A stretch of 63,973 bases of DNA, the filler included, from an uncultured bacterium (GTDB taxonomy: Bacteria; Latescibacterota; UBA2968): the NCBI GenBank assembly GCA_964471275.1. It is 13 parts of 13 records of this genome, joined end to end, with 100 filler letters (N's around TTAATTAATTAA, not from the genome) between each part and the next. Parts side by side here need not be neighbours in the genome. Positions count along the whole stretch, not along the records: positions 30,551 to 35,409 come from CAYYGZ010000297.1; positions 35,510 to 40,348 come from CAYYGZ010000298.1; positions 40,449 to 45,287 come from CAYYGZ010000299.1; 10 more parts are not named here. One strand, written 5' to 3'. Below, in pieces: positions 32,741 through 41,163 of the stretch. Made by a program: the position numbers and the translations under genes. The notes under the pieces were generated by a model. It worked only from the letters and a program-made list of their open reading frames with translations. It was not told the DNA's origin and ran no database searches. How positions within the stretch are numbered: the first letter of the stretch is position 1; every line of letters begins with the position of its first letter.

Positions 32741-32960
32741 CGAGGAGGAAGCCAAGGCGATGGGCGGCGTGCCGTTCAGTCACCCATGCCGCCTGGATTC
32801 GGAGGCGTGGATCATCGAGAACATGATCCAAGACTTTGACCGCGCCGGGTGGAGGTATGCGTTGGTTCGTACCGTGTACAAGTCCCACTCGACTCACAAA
32901 GTCACCGGGGAACGGCAAGACTGGTCGAAGCCAGCGTTGGAGTTATGGAAACTAAACTGA
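32715..32960 (+). CDS. Hypothetical phage protein
   Basis: 81-aa ORF overlapping both neighbours in a tightly packed operon. Confidence 0.55.
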   Translation: MSLQKQAISEEEAKAMGGVPFSHPCRLDSEAWIIENMIQDFDRAGWRYALVRTVYKSHSTHKVTGERQDWSKPALELWKLN

Positions 32961-33295
32961 CCCAGTGGCCCGAAGAGCCGCCCGCATCAACGCGCCGATT
33001 AAGACTCCTGGCCGAGGCGGCAAGCGAGTTTTGGGGGTTGTCGGTTCCCGAGCTTCTCGAAAAGAAGCGAACCAACAGGCTGGTCTGGCCGAGGAGCATC
33101 TGCATGTGGCTGGCAAGAGACGCAGGTTACGCCTACCAAACCATCGGAGATTGGTGGGATCGAGACCACAGCACAGTGTGGCACGCCGAGCAACTGGTGA
33201 ACGACCTGCGAGAGGCGAAACCAAGCTACGAAAAGCAGTTCAGAAGCTTTGTATTATTTTATAAAAACTACACCCGCCGTGTAGAAAAAAAATAA
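32945..33295 (+). CDS. Stand-alone DnaA C-terminal (domain IV) helix-turn-helix protein
   Basis: ELLEKKRTNRLVWPRSICMWLAR...QTIGDWWDRDHSTVWHA matches the DnaA domain IV RDHSTV signature. Confidence 0.8.
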   Translation: METKLTQWPEEPPASTRRLRLLAEAASEFWGLSVPELLEKKRTNRLVWPRSICMWLARDAGYAYQTIGDWWDRDHSTVWHAEQLVNDLREAKPSYEKQFRSFVLFYKNYTRRVEKK

Positions 33296-33352
33296 AACTA
33301 CATTCAGTACCCATTGAAGATAAACAGTTTAGATGCATTTAGAACGCTTTAA

Positions 33353-33441
33353 TACCGTATATACGGTAATACGATATACCGTAAGAGAGATATATATATC
33401 TTATATCTCCTACGGTAAGACGAGTATACGATAATACGATA
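33353..33441. repeat. AT-rich palindrome/iteron cluster (candidate replication origin or operator)
   Basis: Perfect palindrome TACCGTATATACGGTA at 33353-33368. TACCGTA 33377-33383 pairs with TACGGTA 33411-33417. ATACGATA occurs at 33369, 33426 and 33434. Confidence 0.7.
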
Positions 33442-33454
33442 GGCGTCCAACTCC

Positions 33455-34012
33455 ATGAAGATTTTATCCTCCTCAGAAGCGTTTGCCTACAAGCAACAAC
33501 TCGCCGTGATCCGCGATCAGATGCGGCTCATCGAGGAGCGTGGCGTTTACGATATCGCCGGGAACATCGTCAAGCCGTCCGACCGGAAAGAGTACGCCGA
33601 CCTGAAGAAGATGGAGAACCACGTTCAGCAACTCGGCGCCGGTATCGAGCTTGCGGATCGTGCGGATGTTGCAGTCCGTGGCGCGGCAGTCAGCGATCGT
33701 ATCCGCGAGGTCCTGCAGATTGCAGGAGATATAGGCGCCTTCGCTCTTCTCTCCTCCGCCTCCTCTTCCTCCGCGCNNNNNNNNNNTCAGCAACTCGGCG
33801 CCGGTATCGAACACCCGCTCCCGCTCGAACGACCCAAACACAATCCCGAGAAGCGCAGAAAGCCGCTCACCGATGAGGAGTGGAGCGAGCTTGCAAAAAT
33901 GGCTTCTGAGGCGTTTAAAGCGTTCCGGGGGTGTACAGACACCAACGAGAAAGAAAAATCGAGTGAGGATACCGTAGAGGCTCGGGAAACGCATGTTACG
34001 GGAGGAGATTAG
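33455..34012 (+). CDS. Hypothetical phage protein (contains a probable misassembled insert, 33649-33810)
   Basis: QQLGAGIE is encoded twice around a 10-N gap. Confidence 0.5.
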   Translation: MKILSSSEAFAYKQQLAVIRDQMRLIEERGVYDIAGNIVKPSDRKEYADLKKMENHVQQLGAGIELADRADVAVRGAAVSDRIREVLQIAGDIGAFALLSSASSSSAXXXXQQLGAGIEHPLPLERPKHNPEKRRKPLTDEEWSELAKMASEAFKAFRGCTDTNEKEKSSEDTVEARETHVTGGD

Positions 34013-34249
34013 ATGGATAATAGGTTCTATGAAACGAAGTGCTGGAAGATCAGCACAAAAACAGTTCGAACAAATGCAAAATTACGAAAACTGCTTCTCC
34101 GCTCAACAAATCGGGGAAGCTTGCTGCCAATTTCGATTCCACCCAACGAATATCACCGCGAAAGGCGTGTCTTCGCCCCACCGATCAATCGTCTCTCCCG
34201 AGACTCTCAACACCGCGCCTGGAACGGTTACGAATGGGAATTAGTATGA
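34013..34249 (+). CDS. Hypothetical basic protein
   Basis: ATG directly follows the upstream stop, with GGAGGAG upstream. Confidence 0.5.
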   Translation: MDNRFYETKCWKISTKTVRTNAKLRKLLLRSTNRGSLLPISIPPNEYHRERRVFAPPINRLSRDSQHRAWNGYEWELV

Positions 34250-34392
34250 ATTTAAACCAACCGACCTGTACGCCAAGCCCGCTACCTACCGGGCGGCAAC
34301 AACGAGTTTTCAATAAATATTCACAACTTCAACGTGCGGGTCGGTTGGCTACAATTTGGGGTTATGTTAGCCACAAAAAACAAATAAAATGA
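34246..34392 (+). CDS. 48-aa ORF with ATGA overlaps at both ends
   Basis: MNLNQPTCTPSPLPTGRQQRVFNKYSQLQRAGRLATIWGYVSHKKQIK; ATGA at 34246-34249 and at 34389-34392. Confidence 0.4.
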   Translation: MNLNQPTCTPSPLPTGRQQRVFNKYSQLQRAGRLATIWGYVSHKKQIK

Positions 34393-34973
34393 AAACATTC
34401 GACGTTAAAATTACCGGAACAACCGCTTTAATGCAACATCGATTCGATGAAAAAGCGGAATCTGATAGCACCAAGTCAACACGAACCGTGGTTCGTAAAA
34501 AAGAAACTCCCCGAAAGGCGGCTGAACGGGCCTGCTACCAGGATAAAACCGGGAAGTTCTACATGCCAAGCGCATGCCTGACCCGGATGATCTCTGAAGC
34601 CGGGTCAAACCATAAACTGACCGGTTCACGCAAGTCCGCCAAATACGCAGTCTACGCTGCCGTCCTTATCCCAGCCGATACCGTCACCATCCTGAACGGC
34701 GATGGCTCAACTCCCGCAAAGGACTTTGAAGTCGATTCCCGACCCGTTGTCATCCCGTCAACCAAAGGCCGAATCATGCGTCACCGTCCACGATTCGACG
34801 AGTGGTCGATTCAGTTTAATGTTCGTATCAACGAATCTGTTCTTCCCCCCGACTTTGTCCACCAACTCCTGGCCGAAGGAGGTCAACAAGTCGGGATAGG
34901 CGACTTCCGCCCACAATGCCGTGGGCCATTCGGCACGTTCAATGTCGTTCACTGGGAGGAACTGGAAAAATGA
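34389..34973 (+). CDS. Stand-alone RAMP/Cas7-like RNA-binding protein
   Basis: N-terminal strand FDVKITGTTALMQH; FYMPSACLTRMI (cf. the Cas7-group yIPgsslKG motif); C-terminal Gly-rich loop GGQQVGIGDFRPQCRGPFGTF. Judged by motif layout only. Confidence 0.75.
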   Translation: MKTFDVKITGTTALMQHRFDEKAESDSTKSTRTVVRKKETPRKAAERACYQDKTGKFYMPSACLTRMISEAGSNHKLTGSRKSAKYAVYAAVLIPADTVTILNGDGSTPAKDFEVDSRPVVIPSTKGRIMRHRPRFDEWSIQFNVRINESVLPPDFVHQLLAEGGQQVGIGDFRPQCRGPFGTFNVVHWEELEK

Positions 34974-34980
34974 TTTTCAT

Positions 34981-35235
34981 GGCTAGGTTAGGTCTGGAAG
35001 TGTGGGGTAAGGCGGGGCTGGGCTAGCTTGGGCGTGGAGTGGTCTGGCGGGGTACGGCAGGCATTGGCATGGCAAGGTCGGGCGGGGTTGCGACCGGTTA
35101 GGTTAGGCAAGGACTGGTTAGGCGAGGCAACGCGAGGCAGAGAGTCGCGTGGTTTGGCAAGTCTTGGCGGGGTCAGGATTGGTCGGGCGAGGCTGGGTGG
35201 GGTTCGGTTTGGCGAGGTTAGGAGTGGCAAGGTTA
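34981..35235 (+). ncRNA. GGY-NN pentamer array (candidate guide-like non-coding RNA)
   Basis: 51 in-register 5-mers starting 7 nt after the RAMP stop: 43 start GG, 38 are GGY, 5 are GGA, none GGG. Positions 4-5 vary. The repeat is directly seen; the RNA call is inference. Confidence 0.7.
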
Positions 35236-35248
35236 CTTAATTAAGATT

Positions 35249-35409
35249 ATGAGTGGAATAACAACAAGCGAAACAATGGCAGGCGAGCAACCGAAGGACG
35301 ATGATCTACTGAGAGCCATCAATGATATCGGTAGCCGATTACCAGAACTCATCGCCCAGAACGAGAAGAACTCACTGGAGATAGCTCGACTCAGAGAGAG
35401 ATACGACAG
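35249..35409 (+). CDS. Hypothetical coiled-coil protein, 3' truncated
   Basis: ORF runs to the contig end; LIAQNEKNSLEIARLRER. Confidence 0.45.
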
Positions 35410-35509
35410 NNNNNNNNNNNNNNNNNNNNNNNNNNNNNNNNNNNNNNNNNNNNTTAATTAATTAANNNNNNNNNNNNNNNNNNNNNNNNNNNNNNNNNNN
35501 NNNNNNNNN

Positions 35510-36749
35510 TGAGGCGATGCTGGGCGCTCACGTCAACGTCTTCAACACCATCCTGACTCAGAACTTCCTGAGCCGGCTTCCCGCGTGGCAGAATGCGCTG
35601 ATTATGGTCATGCTTGGATGCCTGATTGGAATCCTGGTACCCAGGTTCAAGGCTGTGTCGGGGGCGCTGGTCGTGCTGATCCTGTTGAGCGTCTACGTTG
35701 TAACGGCGATAATCCTATTCCTTAAGCTGGAGCTCTGGGTCGACATTCTCGGTCCCGTCACGACGCTCCTTGTGGGTTATCTCTCGATCACGCTCTACAA
35801 CTACGTGCAGAAGGAGAAGGAGAAGGACTTCGTCCAGGGCGCGTTCGGACATTATCTCGATCCGAAGGTTGTGGACCAGCTTGTCGAGAATCCAGACCTG
35901 GTTACGCAGCTGGGAGGCGATCAGCGCGTGATGTCTGTCTTCTTTTCGGACATCGCCAGTTTCTCGACCATTTCGGAGAACATCACGGCGGTGGAGCTCG
36001 TGGAACTGCTCAACGAGTATCTGACCGAGATGTGCGAAATTGTAGCGATCCACGGTGGGACGATCGACAAGTTCGAGGGCGATGCGATCATGGCCTTCTG
36101 GGGTGCGCCCGTCCCCATGCACGATCACGCACAAGCAGCCGTCTTCGCGTGTGTCGACATGCAGCAGAGATGTCAGGAATTGCGTGACAAGTTCGAGCGC
36201 GAGAAGCGGATGGTCGAGCTTCGCCAGATGTGGGCTGAACAGGGCCGTGGCGAATTTCTCCGCGTTCGCATGGGTGTCAACACCGGCGAAATGGTCGTCG
36301 GCAACCTGGGGTCGCACACACGAGTCGACTACACCGTCATGGGTGATGCCGTGAACCTCGCATCGAGACTGGAAGGTGCAGGGAAGGCGTATGGTATCAC
36401 GACGATGATTTCGGAGGAGACCCTTCGGGCGGCGGGCGATGTTTGCGAGGTCAGACCGCTGGACAGCATCCGCGTGGTCGGCAAGGACGAGCCCGTACGC
36501 GTCTTTGAAGTACTCGGACGCAAGGGTGAGGTCGAGAGGAGCAAACTGGACGTCGTGGGGGTCTACCAGGAAGGCTACCGGATGTATGAAGAACAGAAGT
36601 GGGATGAGGCCATCGTGCACTTCGAGTCCGGGCTCAAGATTGACCCGGAGGACGGACCGTGTAACATCTTCATCGATCGCTGCCGCGAACTCAAGGTAAC
36701 ACCACCACCCGAGTCCTGGGATGCTGTGCACAACCTTGACGCCAAGTAG
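35510..36749 (+). CDS. Class III adenylate/guanylate cyclase (CHASE2-type membrane form), 5' truncated
   Basis: TM helices, FFSDIASFST, DKFEGDAIMAFWGAP, YTVMGDAVNLASRLEG, TPR-like tail. Confidence 0.92.
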
Positions 36750-36769
36750 CACGCACCCGGATATAGCAG

Positions 36770-36818
36770 GAATAGGGAAGGGGACGATCGGCAAACACGA
36801 TCGTCCCCTTCCCTATTC
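36770..36818. terminator. 21-bp perfect hairpin between convergent genes
   Basis: GAATAGGGAAGGGGACGATCG-GCAAACA-CGATCGTCCCCTTCCCTATTC. Confidence 0.7.
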
Positions 36819-36956
36819 TGTACACTGATCCTACGGGTGGTCTGTCCAGTGTCAGGAGGGCGCTGACACATTAAGCCAGTCTATTGGGTCGGTTTGGGAT
36901 CACTGCTTTCTCTACCCGCTAATGAGGAGACGGTCTCGAATCTGAATCAGTACAGG

Positions 36957-38864
36957 CTAGTCAGATTCCTCATCCGCAAATGCGAGCTGCATCTTCTCCT
37001 GATAGACAGATCTGTTCTTCAGGATCCTGACCGCCTCCTCGAACTGCTGGTCGCCCCTCAGCGCGGCAATCTGCTTCGCCTGCTCACCCCAGACCCGTTC
37101 AGCGATCGCTTCGCGGATCTGGTTTTCGATATCCTCTCTCGCTTCCTCAAACTCAACCGCGCGTTCATTTTCAGCTGCCAGCTTGAGTTGCTCTAGGGCG
37201 GACGATTCGGATGCGGTGAGATCCCGGTCCTTGAATGACTGCTCGAGCTCTCTCAATCGAAACTCCATAACCGAAGTATACCGGTAGCCGTTTATGTTCG
37301 TCGTGTCGGCGATGAAAGTCTTGAACGCCTCAAGTATGCCGGGCTCTAGTTCCCAGTTCGTGGGGATAACCGGGAATGACCGGTCGATCGCATAGTTCAC
37401 GGCGAAATCGAAGAAGAGGTAGTTCCGTGCAAAGTCGACCACGATCCGAGGACGACGATCGCGCTTCACTTCAACGTCGGGTATGATTCCCCCACCCCCC
37501 CGCACGGTGCGACCCCCTGTCGTTTTGAACTTCTCCTTTGGATCGCTCCCCTGAGGACGATTGTTGTCCTCCTGCACTCCGAGCCCGACCAGACTGGTCA
37601 GGTCAGTCCGCATCAGCTTCTCGGCATCCTCGCCGCTGAGGCCGAATTGCTGCATCAAATCATTGACGGCATCTTCGCGCTCCTCCGCCTGGCCGATCAC
37701 CGAGATCGCTTCGTAGACCGGGACACGACCCGTGTCCGTCAGGGCAAGCATCAGACGCCCCCCACGATTCCGCCGGCCAGACGCGCGGTGAATGCTCCGA
37801 CCGCTCGGTGTGTAGTAGACCGCGGTTGTCAGTTTGAGAGCCTTGTCATTCCCGATCATTCGAATCGTCTGGACCGATCCCTTCCCGAACGTATCCGTCC
37901 CCAGAACGAGCCCTCGGTCCGTATCCTGGACCGCGCCGGCTACGATTTCGGATGCACTCGCACTGCCGCCATTCACCAGTACGATCAGCGGCACATCGCC
38001 GGCCGTGGGAGCTTCACGCGTAAAATACTCCTGGTTCTCGTTCCGGCCGGCCGTTGAAACGACGACCTGGTTGGGCTGGAGAAACTTGTCCGCAACCGCG
38101 ATGGCCTGGGTCAGCAAGCCACCCGGGTTGTTCCGGAGATCGAGGATCACACCATCCAGGTTGTTCGCGTCGAGCTGAGTGAGCGCTTGATCCAGCTCCC
38201 GTCCCGTATTCTCGGAAAAATGGCCATTCAGGATACCGGACATCGAGATATAGCCGATTCCGGGTTCGATCTCCTGTGCGAGACCAACACTCGGGATCCG
38301 GATGCGATCTCGGACCAGATGCTGATCAAACGACGTCTCAGTTCCCGGACGAGCAATTGTGATCGTGACACCATCACCCGGATCTCCTCGAAGCTTGTCT
38401 ACGATTTCCTGGAGATCGTCACCGTGCGTCGAGTCTCCTTCAATCTTGACAATCCGATCCCCTGCAGTCAGACCCGCCGTATCGGCGGGTGTTCCGCCAA
38501 AGACGCTCATCACGACCGGGACGGGTTCCCCTCTTGTGCTGATTCGGATACCGAGGCCCCCGAACTTGCCCTGTGTCTTGATCCGGAGTTGCTCCAGTGA
38601 TCGACTGTCGAAGAACTGGGTGTTGGGGTCGAGATCGCTCAGCATGCCCTGTATCGCCGAGTCTGTCAGGTCCTCGGGTTTGAGCTCCTTGAAGTAGGAA
38701 ACCGAGAGCTCGTTGAATGCTTCACCGAAGTTGCCCAGTGCCGTGTCGTATCCGGCATATTGGTCGGACCCCTTGGCCAGCCTGGAATCCAGCGTCACGT
38801 AGATACTCACAGCGGCTACAAAAGCCGTGAATGCCCAGAGCTTCTTGCCACTTCTGCGATTCAT
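36957..38864 (-). CDS. ctpA: S41 carboxy-terminal processing protease
   Basis: PDZ GLGI, LDLRNNPGGLL, SASASEIVAGA, FGKGSVQ, YYTPSGRSI. Confidence 0.9.
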   Translation of the reverse strand: MNRRSGKKLWAFTAFVAAVSIYVTLDSRLAKGSDQYAGYDTALGNFGEAFNELSVSYFKELKPEDLTDSAIQGMLSDLDPNTQFFDSRSLEQLRIKTQGKFGGLGIRISTRGEPVPVVMSVFGGTPADTAGLTAGDRIVKIEGDSTHGDDLQEIVDKLRGDPGDGVTITIARPGTETSFDQHLVRDRIRIPSVGLAQEIEPGIGYISMSGILNGHFSENTGRELDQALTQLDANNLDGVILDLRNNPGGLLTQAIAVADKFLQPNQVVVSTAGRNENQEYFTREAPTAGDVPLIVLVNGGSASASEIVAGAVQDTDRGLVLGTDTFGKGSVQTIRMIGNDKALKLTTAVYYTPSGRSIHRASGRRNRGGRLMLALTDTGRVPVYEAISVIGQAEEREDAVNDLMQQFGLSGEDAEKLMRTDLTSLVGLGVQEDNNRPQGSDPKEKFKTTGGRTVRGGGGIIPDVEVKRDRRPRIVVDFARNYLFFDFAVNYAIDRSFPVIPTNWELEPGILEAFKTFIADTTNINGYRYTSVMEFRLRELEQSFKDRDLTASESSALEQLKLAAENERAVEFEEAREDIENQIREAIAERVWGEQAKQIAALRGDQQFEEAVRILKNRSVYQEKMQLAFADEESD

Positions 38865-38945
38865 GCGTCCTCCGGGGTAAAAGCAGTATTCATCCGTCAC
38901 ATCCTAGAGACGCTCGGNNNNNNNNNNTGGGGGATTGATTCAGGA

Positions 38946-39569
38946 TCAGGATCGTGCGGACAGAAGTTCGTTCACGCGCTCCAAGATAAGATCTGCCACA
39001 TCTTCCATCGCCTGACTTCCATCAATCGTAAGCACGCGGCTCCGCTCTTCCTCGGCGATTCTAAGAAACCCGTTTCGTACACGATCGTGGAATGCATTGG
39101 AGTTCTGTTCGATACGATCATCATCGCGTCGATTGCTGCGGGAACGGGATGTCTCAACATCGATATCCATCAGCACGGTCAGGTCTGGAGCCAAACCGTC
39201 CGTCGCCAGCGAGGTCGCCCGGTCGATTAGGTCCTTGTCGGTCCCTCGACCGTATCCCTGGTAAGCTCGTGTCGAGTCGTAGAATCGGTCGCTGATCACG
39301 ATCTTGCCGACCTCGAGAGCCGGCTGGATAAGAGTCCGAACGTGCTGTGCCCGGTCAGCCGCGAAAAGCAGGAGTTCGCTGACCGTATCGACATCGACTT
39401 CGCTGTGCAAAACCAGATCACGGATTGCCGCGCCGACCGGTGTACCGCCTGGTTCGCGAGTCAGGACAACATCGTGTTCGGCTTCTTCCAAGTAGGTGGC
39501 CAGGCGCTCGGATTGCGTCGTCTTCCCACAGTGCTCAATCCCTTCGAACGTGATGAACAGGCCGCGCAA
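38946..39569 (-). CDS. tmk: Thymidylate kinase
   Basis: FITFEGIEHCGKTTQ, TREPGGT, SDRFYDSTRAYQG. TTG start after GGAGG. Confidence 0.94.
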   Translation of the reverse strand: MRGLFITFEGIEHCGKTTQSERLATYLEEAEHDVVLTREPGGTPVGAAIRDLVLHSEVDVDTVSELLLFAADRAQHVRTLIQPALEVGKIVISDRFYDSTRAYQGYGRGTDKDLIDRATSLATDGLAPDLTVLMDIDVETSRSRSNRRDDDRIEQNSNAFHDRVRNGFLRIAEEERSRVLTIDGSQAMEDVADLILERVNELLSARS

Positions 39570-39648
39570 TCGTCCTCCCTCAGAGACAGGAAAACGGTCC
39601 CACGCCGTGCGAGACCGTCCGTTGACCACTTAAGTATACACCAAAAAC

Positions 39649-40311
39649 CTAGGGATCGACTTCTTCCGGTCGGGTCTGTTGACGACGAACGTGAATGACA
39701 CGTTCGAGAACCGTGATATTCGAGAAGATTGCGATCACCCACGCAGCGAAGGTCAGCCCGATAACACCGACAAGTCCCCCGACACCCAGAGCGATCACGC
39801 GCTCCGGTCGCTGCATGAACCCGACCTTGCACTCCTCACCGAGACCCTCGGCGCGCGCCCGGACGTAGCTGACCATGAGGGAACCGGCAAGTGCGAAGAA
39901 CAAAGCCGAGCTGGTCCAGAGGGAACCGGACCGGATAAAGCTCACGGCAAGCCCGAACCAGACCACAATCTCCGAGTAGCGATCGACGGTCGAGTCTAGA
40001 AGAGCCCCGAACTTCGACTCGGTCTGACCGGCCCGAGCGACTTGGCCATCCAGAAGATCAAAAATGCCGGCGACCAGGACCATCAGTCCTGCCCACCGGT
40101 ATTCATCCAATCCGAAAAGGGCGGCGGCAACGAGGTTCAGGGCGAACCCGATCATCGTCAGTACATCGGGTGTAACCCGGATCCTGACGAGAAAGTTCGT
40201 CGACGGCTGCAAGATCGCCGCCACGTCTTCTTTCACTTTTTCAATCAAGCAAAGCTCCCACACGCGCTCAGCTCCGTATGCGCACCATCCGTCCAAATAT
40301 ATGCCATACAC
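39649..40311 (-). CDS. CDP-alcohol phosphatidyltransferase
   Basis: DLLDGQVAR...FGALLDSTVDR, SYVRARAE. True start is probably downstream of 40311. Confidence 0.9.
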   Translation of the reverse strand: MYGIYLDGWCAYGAERVWELCLIEKVKEDVAAILQPSTNFLVRIRVTPDVLTMIGFALNLVAAALFGLDEYRWAGLMVLVAGIFDLLDGQVARAGQTESKFGALLDSTVDRYSEIVVWFGLAVSFIRSGSLWTSSALFFALAGSLMVSYVRARAEGLGEECKVGFMQRPERVIALGVGGLVGVIGLTFAAWVIAIFSNITVLERVIHVRRQQTRPEEVDP

Positions 40312-40448
40312 ATTGCCCGAGCAAGCGAAATGGCTTGCTGTAACTTACNNNNNNNNNNNNNNNNNNNNNNNNNNNNNNNNNNNNNNNNNNNNTTAATTAA
40401 TTAANNNNNNNNNNNNNNNNNNNNNNNNNNNNNNNNNNNNNNNNNNNN

Positions 40449-41047
40449 TCCTGGACAACTTGATCTTGAAGGAAGCCGCCCGAAGAAACTTCTAAGCCCG
40501 GTGCGGCGAAGGGAGGCGGTCGGGCACGTGCGTAAGACTCTGACCGTCTCGGAGCGTCGGGCGTGTCGTGTGCTGGGTCAGGTGCGCCGCACCCAGCACG
40601 CGACACGCTCAAAGTGTCTGACGATTGAGGTCGCTCAAAAGCAAAGCTCAAGAGACGTTTTACGAACGTTGGCCGGGTTGATGTTGAAACACGGCATCCC
40701 GGAGTATATTCGATCGGACAACGGACCTGAGTTCGTGGCCAAAGCCGTTCGGGACTGGCTCTCGAGGCTCGAGGTCGGAACTCTTTTCATCGAGCCGGGC
40801 AGTCCCTGGAAGAACGGTTACGTCGAAAGCTTCAACGGGAAGATCAAGGATGGACTCCTCGACGGAGAAATCTTCACAACGCTGCAAGAGGCAAAGGTGT
40901 TGACCGAGGTCTGGCGGCGAGAGTACAATCAGGTCCGTCCACACAGTTCACTGGGCTACAAACCACCTGCGCCCGAAACGGTCTCGGGACCACTATCAGC
41001 AACCGCATCCTAACTCTGGATGTGGATACATAGATGGGGGCAGGCCA
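40449..41047 (+). mobile_element. IS3-family element relic: OrfA end, internally deleted OrfB, right end
   Basis: LDNLILKEAA, VSERRACRVL joined directly to RSDNGPEF...IEPGSPWKNGYVESFNG...YNQVRPHSSLGY; ends GGGGGCAGGCCA. Confidence 0.9.
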
Positions 41048-41163
41048 ATGGCGGGGCCGGACGGGTTCCTCCTGGGGGGAACGGCATCGGGTACATACAC
41101 TGAGCGGGGAGCTCGGAATTTTATGGCACTGGTAGAGGTGGCAGAAGCCTATGGGAGGTCTGG

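Larger units (their letters stand above)
30551..35409 (+). mobile_element. Phage/prophage-like replication-recombination module (whole contig)
   Basis: Short, co-oriented, overlapping ORFs: C5 methyltransferase, resolvase, exonuclease, DnaA-C HTH. AT-rich patches and no host housekeeping genes. No structural genes visible. Confidence 0.8.

Noticed and set aside
33625..33810. 24-nt direct repeat TCAGCAACTCGGCGCCGGTATCGA (33625-33648 and 33787-33810), considered as an att site or target duplication
   Set aside because: The second copy abuts a 10-N scaffold gap, and removing the insert leaves a continuous ORF. Most likely a chimeric contig end.
34284..34374. attC-like integron site (GGCAAC...GTTAGCC)
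   Set aside because: The core sites match poorly, internal pairing is unconvincing, and no integron integrase is present.
34981..35235. Canonical CRISPR array, telomere-like satellite or plain G-quadruplex tract
   Set aside because: There are no 25-45-nt repeats with spacers. The units are too heterogeneous for a slippage satellite. G4 folding is possible but would not explain the pyrimidine bias at position 3 or the strict phase.
34988..35240. ORFs 34988-35230 (-) and 35028-35240 (+) over the pentamer array
   Set aside because: The Pro/Arg/Gly-rich translations are a by-product of the repeat. A 5-nt period does not fit codon-level selection.
35236..35245. CTTAATTAAG as another assembly linker
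   Set aside because: It has no flanking Ns and is shorter than the linker, so it is treated as genuine sequence.
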